From NCBI GenBank assembly GCA_030390025.1, contig CM059432.1:19656001-19720000 (forward strand): 64,000 bases of DNA, written 5' to 3'. How positions within the stretch are numbered: position 1 is the stretch's first letter; every line of letters begins with the position of its first letter. The position numbers and the translations under genes were made by a program. The notes under the pieces were generated by a model. The model ran no database searches. It was not told the origin of the DNA and worked only from the letters and a program-made list of their open reading frames with translations. The DNA comes from Squalus acanthias. Its lineage: Eukaryota. Positions 25,863 to 38,390 of this stretch are shown one piece after another.

Positions 25863-26217
25863 GTAAGTTGCGGTAACTTTTGAGAAAGTGATGCTCTAGT
25901 TGCTCTGTTGAAGATCCAAAAGCCACTTTACTTTTCATTTCTTTAAGATTAAAAATGTATAAATTGCAGAATGTAAAATTGCTTAAACGTAACCGGAATG
26001 CATAATTTTTAATGCAAAAATTCCAAAGTTTCCAAGCGAGTATTCCCCCAGCTCCATCTAGAAATGCATCACTTTATATCTTCAATATCTGGATGGCCAA
26101 CCCCCCCACCCCATCACCACCCCTCAGATTTTAATGTACTTCTGTTATTTTTTTCTTTAACATAAACGAAGAAATGTAGGACGTACAGCTTGAGTTGAAA
26201 AGCTCATAAAACTGCAT

Positions 26218-26986
26218 GGGCTAGAAATTCGGCTGCTTTGTGCCTCCCGTTAGCGCCTGTGGGGGCGGTAACGGGTCGCTAAGGGGTTACCGACAGGGCG
26301 CGGCGAAATCAGCGACGCCCGCGAACTTCCCTGGCGGTTTTGCGCTGGCACTAACACTTGCCACCTCGGTCTCTAGCGCCCCGTAGAGCACGACGTCATC
26401 AAGTGCGCAGCGCCCCGTTACCGCCCCGGAGGCGAAATTGACTTTCGCCCCCTGCATTATCGCCTCGCGCTGACAACGGCAGCAAGAGGAGGCGTTCCGA
26501 AGTCGGATGGCTGCTTCGGGAGCGGTAATTAAAGGGAATGCACTTCATATCGCTGAACCGTTATTATTTGCACCAGTCTGGTGCCTGCGCAAAGTTTTCA
26601 CTCTTTCATTGTTGCAGGATGTCCAAGCCCTCCACTTGGTGACAGTGTTTGGGGCTGTATTGGCAGTCGCCTTGCAAGACTACAGTGCCGAAAAATAGCT
26701 TCTGGTGTCGGTATTGGCCCTTCCCTTTAAGTGAGGGAAGCAACCTTTGTGATTGAAGAGTGCCGTCTGGAATGCGCTGCAAATTGTCTCGCGCTCTGCC
26801 GGTACCGACCCGCTCTCCAACTTTAGCGCCCTAAGAGAAGTGGTTAGCGACCTGATTTAGCGCTCGACTTCCCTCTTGGAGCGCTACAACTGAATTTCAC
26901 GGGAGCCTATCAACATTAGCGCCTGGTGCTAATTTTTCAGCTTTCGAAGTTTTAGCCCAAACGGGGCTAGAATGAATTTCTCCCCC
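26218..26986. mobile_element. Harbinger MITE
   Basis: Ends GGGCTAGAAATTC / GAATTTCTCCCCC. Flanks CAT/CTT. The left ~300 bp is colinear with the left end of the 60954 element. Confidence 0.82.
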
Positions 26987-28432
26987 CTTGTCTTTACATG
27001 TTAAGTTAAAATCTCCCAGGCCACAAGCTGCTGAACTTGGGACGGTTCGCCGCCCACATTGGCTCATGCCCACCGGGCTCCTGCCTCCAGTTAAAATCAG
27101 GGCTTGGGTCTCTTATGGGAAAAGCAGAAGTCAGCAGCATAAAGCATGCAAACCACTGACGTTTGCTGCCACACGTTAAATATATTTCTTGCTGGTAGAT
27201 GTAGGAAGAAGGCACTGGCACTATGGGCCGAATGGCTTCCTCCTGTGCTGTATAATTCTACAATCTTATGAATAGTTTTACAACATGTCAGCCTCCTCTG
27301 CTCCTATTGTACACTGGGGTGGGGGGAATTATATTTCAATAGGAATGGAAAATGCTTCCAGTAATCACTGCTTGTAGTGATCATTCGGATTGGGGATGGG
27401 CAATAAATGCTGGCCTGCAAGCGACGCTCACATCCTGTGAATGAATAAAAAAAAGTACAAAATCACACTTGCATAATGCGCTTGTATTAATTGTGCATCT
27501 CTCATCTGTTGCGTTGCCCAGTTTTTGTTCCAGACTCCCCCTCCACTGTTTCCCACATTCTGATGTAGTTTCCATCCCATTGCCACCTTCTGATTCAGCT
27601 TCCGAACAACATGGACAAACATGGCAAGGCATCAGGCAGAAGAGGTGGGCAATGCGCCAGGGCTGTTGTACAATTTACTATGAGCTGTTCAAAGTGCTAG
27701 TGAGCGATGCTCAGCTGTTCAACACCACTGTTCGCCGGTCCTCTAAAACTATGCCAGAAGGTGGCAATCCTACTGCCCACTGTCTGATACAGTAATCGTT
27801 TGGCTCTAATGGTCATTTGGGACCTGCCCAAATCTCTATATTGGATTTCACTCTAATGGCAGTGTACTACAGTTCTTCTAAGAATATTTAAAAAATAAAA
27901 CGTTTGGTTCGATGATCAAGCAAACCCAGTGGGAAATTTGCCAAAGTCCAACACAATAAATGCAGAAATTTATTTGTGTCAGATGGGGAGTTTCCATCCA
28001 TTAATTTTAAGGCACGGAAAATCCACAGGCTTCATCCCATGATTCCCCAGGATTTACTCCCTGTGAGCACCGCCCCCGTCCCACTCCCGCTGGGAAGGAT
28101 GGATTGCGGATATCACCCGTAGTATTATTATTTTCTGCCCTTCTGCCTCTAGGTCTTCCTGCAGCGTGCATCATCCCGAGCCTGGAGGACAGGCTGGCAA
28201 TCTGCTCCTTCGTCTCTGCCAATGCCTCTCTATAAACAGCTACTGGGTGGTTCCTTGCGTGGAAACTCCTGGCCTCCACTCGGACAGGGAAGCCGCCTCC
28301 TGTAATGGAGAAAACAGTCCCAAAAGGTGTGGGCCCAGGGAGTGGTTGTTACTCCTCCCCCGCCAAAGGCTGGTAGATTTTGCATTTTCTTTCCTTTTAG
28401 TTCGTTCTTTCCCATCTTCACCTTGTACAAAA

Positions 28433-29029
28433 ACCCTGATTTTAACTCAGGACGGGAGTCCGGCGGGCGAGAGCTGAGGAGGGTGGCAAACTGACCCGAC
28501 CTCGATAGTGTTGAGGCCCGGGAGTTTTGCCTCATCTGCAGGACTGTGGTCAGTTTCCTGCCCGAGCCCGGTGCAATGTCAAGCATAAGGAGTCCAAATC
28601 GCCGGCGACCAAAGAAACAGGCCCCCGGCACTCAGGCAACTTAATTGGGGGGGGCAGGAATTGGCCTAAACTTTCCTTCTGGGGCCTTGGAGGAGGACTC
28701 CTCCTCATTCTAGCTCCACAAGTAAAGTAGAAAAAATTTTGGCCTTCTTCTGGCTCTGATTCCTCTTCCCGCTAGGCTGGCCTGACGGAAAAGCCACAAC
28801 CACTTTCCTCGCTCAGGCCCATGGTTAAAATAACAGTCGAGCCCTGATTATGTCATCGGAGTCCGATTTTTGTATTTAAAGAAGGACCCTTTCGGTTCCT
28901 GGGGGATGTCCTGCTTAGAAGAGCAAGTTAAGTTGCAGTCTGGGGGATTGGTAGGGGGCATTGGCGGATGAGTCCCGTTGGCAATTTTGGCTGCCCGCAC
29001 ACCGAGGGGGGGAGGGTTAAAATCTCCCC
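28433..29029. mobile_element. Harbinger-like MITE (GATTTTAAC ends)
   Basis: Left GATTTTAAC and right GTTAAAATCTCCCC, with a GC-rich interior. Confidence 0.5.
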
Positions 29030-30018
29030 TAAAGTTTCTAGAATTTAAGGAATTAGCTAAGTAAATCTCCTCAGAGGTGTTCTAACTCTGTTAGGTTGTC
29101 ATCAATTTGTATGTCTTTGAAATCTGGTACCAGCCGGATAGATCAAAATAGTCTTTTCCAGTTCTCTATGCCCGGCCCTTTAATTTATTTTCTTTCTTTT
29201 CAAAGCCACGAGTGTCAAATTTATTTAGTCTTCCCAACGTCAATAGCTGTATGTTTGACACAACTTCCAGAAAAGTGTAATGTTCTAATACCCTCAACAG
29301 CCACTCAGTCCCTCAACTGGCTAGCTCCACTTCAGCAGCCCATCTCACAACCACACACTACGTGCATCATCCCGGCTGAAGAATTAGGCCAACAGCGCAT
29401 TGGTATGTTGTGTGTACCTACTTCTCTCAGCCCGCCCAAAAAAATGATTAGCATGATCTCTGACGGAAGGTCATTGACCTGAAATGTTGGGCTCGATTTT
29501 GCCAGGCCCGAGGAAGCGGCTTTGGAGGCGTGTGAGTTGTCAAAATTGCAAAAAATGGCGGGTGGGTCCGATCCCGCCTCCATCCCGCCTCTGAACAATT
29601 TACCCACATTCGTGGTTTCAGACCCCATTTCCATCCCGCCTCCAAGAGGCGGGATAGGCCCTTAAGGCCCTTAACAACCACTTAATTGCCTCTATAATCC
29701 CATTTTGAGAGACCTTTCTGGTTTTAACACATTTCCCCCGTCCTGCACGTCTCCGCTGGAACAAGCCAGTTAGTCCTGGCGGCCTCACAAGTGGATTGCT
29801 TACTAACAGCTGCAGCTCCACCATTAAAAAGGAGTTTTCACCAATGATCATTTGCAGGTGGCAGAACTTTGTTGTCTCAGGGCTGGGGGAACTTTTAGCA
29901 GGCCTACTCATTGTTGTGGAAGTTTGGAGCCTGACACCCATCTCCAGCGTGACCTCCTGGGAAACCCCTCTCCCCACCTTGACTGAGCGCTTCCTCAACT
30001 GAGGTATATGCCAGAAGC

Positions 30019-30246
30019 ATGGGAACCATTAATTTCCTTTCCTCCTGGACATCAGATTCGGACGAAGACCAGCCGCGGCAGCAGCAGAACCCTGAACAAC
30101 AACACCACCAACAGCAGGAGCAACAAAAGGAGAGCCAAGCAGCTGCTCGCCCACCTGAAGCTGCACAGGCCAGAAGGCGCCAGTGCGCGACCACATTGCT
30201 GCCCGGGATGCAAGGGACGCACTCATGTTGGCCAGATTTGCTTAGC
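30019..30246 (+). pseudogene. Transposase remnant (N-terminus fused to C-terminus, DDE core deleted)
   Basis: Gln-rich start MGTINFLSSWTSDSDEDQ followed directly, out of frame, by AARDARDALMLARFA*. This resembles the transposase C-terminus at ~62530-62573 (AVRDRLIRLRFQ*). Confidence 0.6.
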
Positions 30247-30503
30247 CTGCACAATCAAACACTTTTGCCTCGCACCTTCTTACCAGAGCATCGAGAATGG
30301 ACAGGAACCTACGGATTCCTATCACTCTGACCACCATACTGACAATTGCAAGTCGCCCTAAGCCCTCAATGTGGAAGTCCCATTTGCAAAATGACACAGG
30401 CCACAACTTCAACAGTTTGCCATCAAATCTGTTAATCATAACAATTCAAGGATGGCTTGTCAAAAATCAATACAACAGAACAACCAAGTGACTACCCTTG
30501 TGA

Positions 30504-32465
30504 CTACTTGTGCTTTATCTTCCTCTTATGCGTGCTCCTACGTGGTGCTTCCCCTGTGGCTTCAGCAGATGTGGAGGCCCCTTGCTCACTTTCTTGTTGC
30601 TCCTGTCTCAACACCTTTGGCAGCCGTCCTCTGGGGTTGCAAACCTGTGAGGGCTCGGCAACAGTCTGCTGCTCCTGCGGCTGTGCAGGGGCTGAGACGC
30701 CGATCTCAGTTGGGTGAGGACTCTGGTGGGGCTCTGACCGAGGGCTTTGCAGTGGCATGGTCGTGTGAGCGCTTGGAGAGGAGCCCCCACTTCCTTGTTG
30801 TCTGCCACCAACATCCCTCTCATGGGTCAGCCCCACTTCAGAGCTAGCAAGTGGCTTGACAGCACCTTGCTGCACTTCAGGGGGGCCATGAGGACCCGTT
30901 TCTGCACTGGAAGTCCAACTTCAGAGGACTTCCATGAAGGTCTGGTTTGTTTGCTCAATAGCTGACCATCGCTCCTCAAGAGATGTCAGTCTATTCTGAA
31001 CAATGACCATGTTTTCAATACCCTGGCGACTAAGCTCCTTCATGGCCATAGCCATCCTCTCCTCTATTGAAGTCAGCCTTACAATGGAGGTAGCCATCCT
31101 TTCCACGGAGGTTGCCATCCTTTCCGTGGTGATGCGTTCATGCGCCAATGCCTCCACAAAGGCTCTGCTCATGTTCGCGATGGACTCCTCCATTCGCTCC
31201 ACACTCGCAGCGACCCTGGAGACAAAACCTGCCAGAGACTCCTGCACCTGTTCCTGGAGGTCCAGCAGCGCTCTCCTTCTGGATGGACCCGGAGGCACAG
31301 GGTCGACATGCAGCTGAGCCGAACTGGCAGAGTCCCGTGCCCTCCGACGAGGACTCTCAACTGCTGTCCCTGTCTCCACCATCTGCTGATGCTCACTTGT
31401 GATCTGTGATACACCAGGTGACAACACTGCTCTATCTCGCGAAGGTCCCACCGAGGTGTGAGTGTCTGCGCTGGTGCTGGGTGCGCTGAATTCTGCTGAA
31501 GCTGCGCCCTCAGAGGTTGCAGCTTCCTCTGAGGAGTCAGGGGGCTCAGGCTGTTCCTCCTGGACAGTGGGGACAGGGGTTCTCGATGGTCCTGTGGGGG
31601 AGTAAAGGAAAGAGTTAGAGATGTGAGGTCAAGGTTACATGCACATTGAATAGTGCAGATGATCATAAGTCAATCTGTTAGAGCATCAGAATCATCATCA
31701 GTGACTCATGCAATGTCACTGAGAGAGATGCTAAACTATTCTGTCACCAGCTTGCTGTGCTGCGCCCGTCTGTCCATCCCCCACTTACGAATCGTCCTCC
31801 ACTCGATTTCCAGGGCCGCCTCCTCCGAAATGGTGAGCTGGGCTACTGAGGGTGGCCCTCCTCCTGTCCTCGCTCTTTCCCTCTTATTGTGGGCTCTCTT
31901 TTCCTGCAATGAGGGGCACAAGTGGATTTTGAGTGAGAATGAAGGAGTGAGTGTAGAGAATACATAGCCTGGATGCTTAGAAGGAGACAAAGGGCCCTCC
32001 CTGTGTGTTGTAAGTTGTTGTCATTGCATCACAGTGATAGGGAGTGTGAGGGCTGCATGGTCGAATAGTTAAGTGAATGTGACCAGAGAGAGAGAGGGAA
32101 TGGGTAAGGATGCAGGGATATAAGGGTCAAGTGGGATGTGGAGGAAGAGGTTGGCAAAGCAGAGTGCTGGTGATGAGAGGCGATGGGGATCAGATTGAGG
32201 GTGATGGGAAAGTCATACTCACTTTTCCTGTGCGGAGAAGGTCATGAAACCTCTTCCTGCACTGCAGCCAGGTTCTGCGGCTCATAGAAATTGCGTTTAC
32301 CTGTTGGGCCACTTGCAGCCACACAGCTTTAGTCTGCTGGGGAGGCTTTTTCCTCTCTGAGGAAGGGAAGAGCACCTCCTTATTTGCTCTTGCGCCCTCC
32401 ACCAGAGCTTGGAGGGAGGCCTCATCGAATCTTGGAGCACACTTTGGTCTACTGGTGGACATCAT
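30504..32465 (-). CDS. Three-exon Myb/SANT-like DNA-binding protein (Harbinger ORF2) with one in-frame TGA
   Basis: Predicted exons 32465-32223, 31903-31789 and 31591-30504 with GT-AG introns join in frame (1446 nt). PRFDEASLQALVEG...WLQVAQQVN...RTWLQCRKRFHDL, then RTGGGPP. TGA at 30923-30921. Confidence 0.8.
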
Positions 32466-33773
32466 TGCTGAAGGAAGCGCTCAGAACAATGGGCATAAAG
32501 TTTAAAGGCTGAAAAAGAAGCAAGGCTGCTTGCAGGCCTTAAATCCAGCAGCATTGATGACGTCATCGGAGGTGACTTCCTGTATGAAAAGGCTCATTGG
32601 GCCAGGGGTTTCCACACGCTGGAAATCAAGTGCCCAATTAGGGCAAAATCGCACTTTTGTCCCACTTCACATCGGAGTCGGGATCCTGACACGACGACCA
32701 CCTGACACGCCCCCAGCCCAGCCCCAATGGCAAAATCGAGCCCGTTAACTCTGTTTCTCTCTCCACACATGCTGCCTGACCTGCTGAGCATTTCCAGCAT
32801 TTTCTGTTTTTATTAGCAGGAGCATGTTGTCTATTTGTTTGAACCAATTTAACTGGAATATCGCCATATCTAAAGTCAAAATGCTTGCCCACACTTTGTT
32901 GAATTTTAAAAGATGCCCATTTTATTGCCAGTTAAAACCAGACAGGTAGCAACCTCCACACTATGGCTTGGCTCGGATCAAATGCCAGGGTTGCTATTGG
33001 TCAATGTTTGAAGCAGACTGTCCAGCTTTAAGCTTGCAGTCTGGAATCTTGTAAAATGTGAATTGATTTGCCCAGTATCATGCTTACTTATGGTATCGAG
33101 ACATTTGTTGTTAAGATTAAAAAGTCTTCAATGAATTTTTACTGGCAGCATACCAGACCTCCGAGATCATGCCACGGTCCCACTGCTGCACCCTGTTGGG
33201 ATCTGGACTTGAGGACAGGTGGTGAACCTGGCGTTAGCTCCTGACATCGGGAATAGCCTTGCCCGACCACACATGGCACAGCATATTGATGCCCTGTATA
33301 TTATCCATCTACAGGCAGTACCCAAGCACAGTCATTGTTAATCATCCGGATTTTGTTGAGAGAGTTGGAGAATGCAATGTTTTCTCTTAAATCCCCGGTA
33401 TCGTTGTGCCTCTTTTGACTGTTTTCTTACTCGATTCTCTGAACAGCTACAAATTCTTCGAGAACACCTGACACACACTAAGAGCAGTTTAGCGTCAAGT
33501 CTGTTGTCCAGAATCTAATGTCTGGCTGCTCAGTGGGGGAGAAGTCCAGCAAACTAACCCGTGACCATTGTGAGTCACACAACCTGCAGCTTCCCTGATT
33601 GTGCTTCCATATGCTTTTGTATCCTGACATGTCCAACTTTCTCTCTTGGCATAGTTCCTCTATTTTCTGTTCTCATTTTTCTCTGGCTACGATTCAGTGT
33701 GTGTTTATTTTTTGTCTGCTTGGTCTTTACCCATCTGTAATCGCAATGATTTTTCCTCACTCCAGGCTCCAGT

Positions 33774-34230
33774 GTCATCCCTGAGTAGCTCCATTGATTG
33801 TACTCGCCTCTGAGTTCGAAAGTCATGGGTTCAAGCTCCGCTCCAGAGACCTGAACCCAAAATCTAGGCTGACACTTCAGTTCATTACTGAGGGAGTGCG
33901 GCTCTGCCGGAGGTACCGTCTTTCGGATGAGGCCCCGTCTTCCCACTCAGGCAGAGGTAAATGATCCCGTGGCACTATTTTGAAGAACAGCAGGGGAGTT
34001 ATCCCCGGTGTCCTGGCCAATATTTATCTCTCAACTAACATCATTAAAACAGATTATCTGGTCATTATCACACTGCTTTTTGTGGGACCTTGCTGTGCAC
34101 AAATTGACTGTCTCATTTCATACAGTACAACAGTGACTGCACTTCAAAAGTACTTCATTGGCTGTAAAGTGCTTTGGGACGTCCTGAGGTCATGAAAGGC
34201 ACGATATAAATGCAAATCTATTCTTTCTTT
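33774..34230 (+). mobile_element. Deu-domain SINE
   Basis: Same body and tail as 24608-25063, with a diverged head. Confidence 0.85.
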
Positions 34231-34242
34231 AATAGGGACTGT

Positions 34243-35106
34243 GGGGGAGAAATTCGGTATCGCCCTTTTGGGGGCGCAATTATCGGCCGGGCGCAAAGTT
34301 TAGCGCCTGGCGCTAATTATTGCCTCCAACTGCAAACTTGGCTTCTATCGCTCCTGGAGGTGATTGGAGCGCTAAATCAGGCGCTACACACCTCTCTTAA
34401 GGTGCTAACGCCGAGGAGCGAGGCGCTACCTCAGAGCACTGGCGAAGCTCAGGTGATATCAGTTAGCAATGGAACACAGACACACTGGCGCCAGCCAGTT
34501 CTTGAAGGGGAGGGTCAATCTTGCTCTCCATCCACACCCTGCTCATTGCAGCCTTGAATCTCGGCCTGGAGAGACCTGTACATCAATTCTGCTGGAAAGA
34601 ACAATGGAGAGGCCCAGGGAAAGAGCTCAGAGTGCAGCCCCCAAAGTCTCTTCTGAAGGAAGGTCAAATCAAAATGAACCTGCAAAGTGCTGCTCAGTAC
34701 CCAAAACTCCTTCACACAGCACTTAATCTCTCCAGAAGTCTCTCTCTCTCTCTCAGAATGTGTGGTGCAAAAATGTCGCCGACAAAAAAAGGTAGGAAGC
34801 GGCCACCTTTAAATAGCACTCCCCCAGTCCCTTCTCGACTGCAAAACGTTCCCCTCTACCTGTCGTTGCTAGCGGCAGGCAGAAAGGCAGGGGGCGCCAC
34901 TCAATATCCGGTCCGTGGCGCTACCGGGGCGTTGCACGCTCGACTGACGTCATGATCTGCGGGCGCAGGAGATCGTGGCGGTAGTGTTTAGCGCTGCCGC
35001 AAAATATCGGGTCAATTTCGTGAGCGGCGCAAACATCGCCGCGCCCGGGCGCTAGTTGCTTTGCGCCCCATTAGCGGGAGGCGCTAATCAACCGAATTTT
35101 TCCCCC
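34243..35106. mobile_element. Harbinger MITE (twin of 53612-54489)
   Basis: Ends GGGGGAGAAATTCGG / CCGAATTTTTCCCCC. Colinear over its full length with 53612-54489. Confidence 0.88.
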
Positions 35107-37429
35107 ACATTGACTTCAGACCAGGCTAGGAGAACATTGGGAGCTGGGTCAATCTCAGGAACATATACTTCTGTCTGAGCATGCGGCTGGAGGCAAAGAG
35201 CACCAAAGAAGTGGATCCCTGTTTGGATGAAAAATTGAACTCAAACTAGCTGAATTTCTCATTTTCTTTTCCATCAAATGCATCTTTTACTGCTCCACTA
35301 AAATCTCACTCTCAAAAGGTTTAAAGAGCTAGGGCTGAGGAAGCCTAAAGGATGAAGGTCTAGTTTGGGAGGTCAACTTCTGTTGTGATTATTTTAATGT
35401 TTAGGTCTATATATCAGTTCTCCTGCTCAACCTATAATTTAGGCCTTTTCAAACCCAGGCTTTGATGCACCCTGACTATTGCTTCTTGATTTACCTCATC
35501 TTCTCTCCTGTGTTTTTTTAAATTATGGTTGTGCTCCACTCTTTCAACCACGGCTCTCTGACAGCCTCCTTAATAATATAGGGAAGTATCTTTTGCAAAA
35601 CACTTCAGGATCAGGCCATTGTAGGCCACTGTCCTGGAATGATCCTTTACCAGCTCATGCAGGGAAATTTAGGCATAAATAATTATGACAACATTAAAAC
35701 AGAAAGGTCCCACACCAGGTCTCCATTATTGCAGAACAGGTGCCACACTGTTAATGAAACTTTCACAGACAAAAATCTTATTTCAAACCTACACTTTTTG
35801 TGTCCATTCCCATTCTATGCCTTGATTTGCATAATATGGGCAAGGATATGGCAACACAGCTGCATGGCTTCAATATGCACTTATCATGACACTCTTGCTT
35901 GTGAGCTCATCTTGTCCACTTCCACACAGTATTGTCACCTAACTTATTTACAATGCAAATGAGTTTACAGCAGCATTTCAGTCTTTATGAAACCAGACAA
36001 TGACCAGGTTATTCATGAATGCTTATATCTGAATAATACTTCTGAAAGCAGCTTTCCTTGTTTTCTTGGCTCGAATTCAAGCCGAGTTTTAAGGGCAGCG
36101 CGACTACATAAATGATCTGCAAATTACAGGGTGCTTACACCACCGTACATAAATGAATGTCACCAAATATCTCATTACCACATGATGCAAACCTGAGGAA
36201 AGGAGGGCGAGATTGGGACGCGCTTGCTGGGGTTTGCAGCTGTCGCAGACGAGCTGTATCGACCATGGATGACAAAAAGCAGCTCTCCAGTTGAGTGGTC
36301 CTGCCAACGCTGATGTATTAATCTAAAACTTGGAATCTGAGCCAAGTGTAGGAATACGTGGGTATCCACCACTGTGGGTCACAGGGGCTGTTAAAAATCA
36401 GATGACAGCCAGGGCCACCAACAGCAGTGAAAGGTAGGAGCTGTCTGTCATACTGACTAAACACCGAGGAACAAACAGGAGGATACAACTATGCTTTGAT
36501 TTGAAGCCAAAATTGACAGTAAAGGAGAAGCAAGGCAGCAATTGAAGCTGCTGCCCAGTGTTTGCATTAGAATGAACATTTTATCTGGGAAATATCCTGG
36601 CTACAATGCATGAATTGTATGAAAGCACCATTGCGTTCAAACCTTATGAGCCTTGAATGGTAAGTACTGCTGTATTTCAGTTGGCATTGCCTCAACCCAT
36701 CTGTCTGTGGTTTGCAGATACCGCCTCTCCTTGATATATGTAAGACTCCTCAATAAAATGAGGATTGGAGGTATCATCCAAGAGGTCAATTTTGAGACTC
36801 CCCATACCACCTGTGTGGTCTCACATGCAGCCAGTCCATATCGAAACATTGCAGGCAGGGCGCGCGATTTTCTGACATGCGCTGGCTGTATGCGAGGTGC
36901 TGCCAGCAGCACAAAGCCTCACAAAAGTTACCCTTTAGTTCCTAGTCCAAAGCACGTAATGCAGCGCTAATTGGCAAACTCACAGGATGGCTATTGTGGG
37001 GAAACAAAATTGTTCCATTGGTGTAGGAGGAAGTGCTTTTCCGAGGCTGATGATTAAAGCAAGGAAGCTTTGCCCTCGCTTCGAACCAGGGCTCCATCTC
37101 ATCTAAGAGTGTTTGAAGCTACCCCCTGGTTGCAAATATTACGTAAACAAAAATCTCCAATTTCTAAACACTCATTTCTTGCTAAGCAAAAAAATAAATA
37201 AAATTATCAGATATTTTTAAGAAGACTAGAGTAAAAACATGTTTCAGCTTTCAGTTTTAAAAAATAATGAAGAAAAATCTCCTCGCCATGCTGCGGGTTC
37301 TAATTAAGCAACAATAGACGTGCAGGAGTATGGTATTGATATAACTGAGGAAGGTAACCTACGACATGACATACTCTTTCTTTTAATAGGAAGTGCAGAC
37401 AGATGGGGTGATTTTGATTTTGATCTTTG

Positions 37430-38390
37430 ACCGCACCTCCCAAACCCGAGACCGCTAGCTCCGAGAAGGACAAGGGCAGCAGGTGCATGGGTACACCACC
37501 ACCTCCAAGTTCCCCTCCAAGGCACACACCATCCCAATTTGGACATATATCGCCGTTCCTTCATCGTCGCTGGGTCAAACTCCTGGAACTCCCTACCTAA
37601 CAGCGCTGTGGGAGTACCTTCACCACACGGACTGCAGCGGTTCAAGGGGGCTAAATTCGGTTGATTTGCACCCCTAAGAAGGCGCTAACGGGGCACAAAT
37701 CAACTAGCGCCTGGGCGCGTCGCCGCTAACGCCACCCGCAAAATTCAGCGGGAGGTTAGCGGCGGTGCTAACCGTTAGCGCTGCGCGGTGCTGCACCACT
37801 GGTGATGATGTCATCGCCATGCGCAGCGCCCCCGGCTGTAAAATTGGGTGGCGCCCCCCGACTAACCGCCGGACACTATGTCCGCCGGGGTCAGGGGGGC
37901 CTACCTGCGGCCAGGGTGGCACTAGTTAAAGGGGAGGTGGCCATTTTTGTTGCTGGCCGCCTGCCAGCACCTGCCCCCGTTGCTGTTCCCGGCTCCCGTG
38001 AAGACCCCCCGCGGGGTGCCGGCTGCTCTCCGTGAGCCCGGCACTTCCGATCCCTGGTGACTCAGCTGGGCGCCGGGACGTGCTGCGCCAGGCCCCTTCC
38101 CTTTAATAAGGGGAGGAAGGCCGGCAGTACCGCGGTGCGACATGCTGTAGCACATGGCGCTGCGGCACGTAGCACCTGCAATATTGGCTCGCAGCGCCCC
38201 AAGAGGGACGTGGGGCGCTTCCAGTAGCACCCCTCATCCCTCTCGGGGCGCAATGTGGGAAAATTGGCCGCGGGGGTCGCTAACTTTTTCGGGGCGCTAC
38301 CCAATTTTTATCCCCAAGAAGTTTCACCACCATCTTCTCAAGGCAGCTAGGGATGGGCAATAAATCCGGGCCTTGCTAGCGATGTCCATA
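37430..38390 (+). mobile_element. Second LINE family 3' end, split by a MITE
   Basis: ...GCAGCGGTTCAAG | MITE | AAGAAGTTTCACCACCATCTTCTCAAGG. Confidence 0.8.
37647..38315. mobile_element. Harbinger MITE
   Basis: Ends GGGGCTAAATT / AATTTTTATCCCC. TSD AAG at 37644-37646 and 38316-38318. Confidence 0.85.

Larger units (their letters stand above)
29489..32743. mobile_element. Complete-ended non-autonomous Harbinger carrying a Myb/SANT gene
   Basis: Perfect 16-bp TIR GGGCTCGATTTTGCCA. TSD GTT at 29486-29488 and 32744-32746. The flanks rejoin into a Penelope pLTR (29455-29488 plus 32744-32812). Confidence 0.93.

Noticed and set aside
29455..29488. Active hammerhead at this copy (and at 6427-6450)
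   Set aside because: The core is mutated and split by a 3.2-kb insertion; the 6427 copy lacks CUGANGA altogether.
33120..33480. Coding-looking unique sequence
   Set aside because: The frames examined contain stops and the peptides are unrecognised.
36637..36970. Overlapping 91-aa and 105-aa ORFs in unique sequence
   Set aside because: No recognisable domain or convincing splice-site pair.
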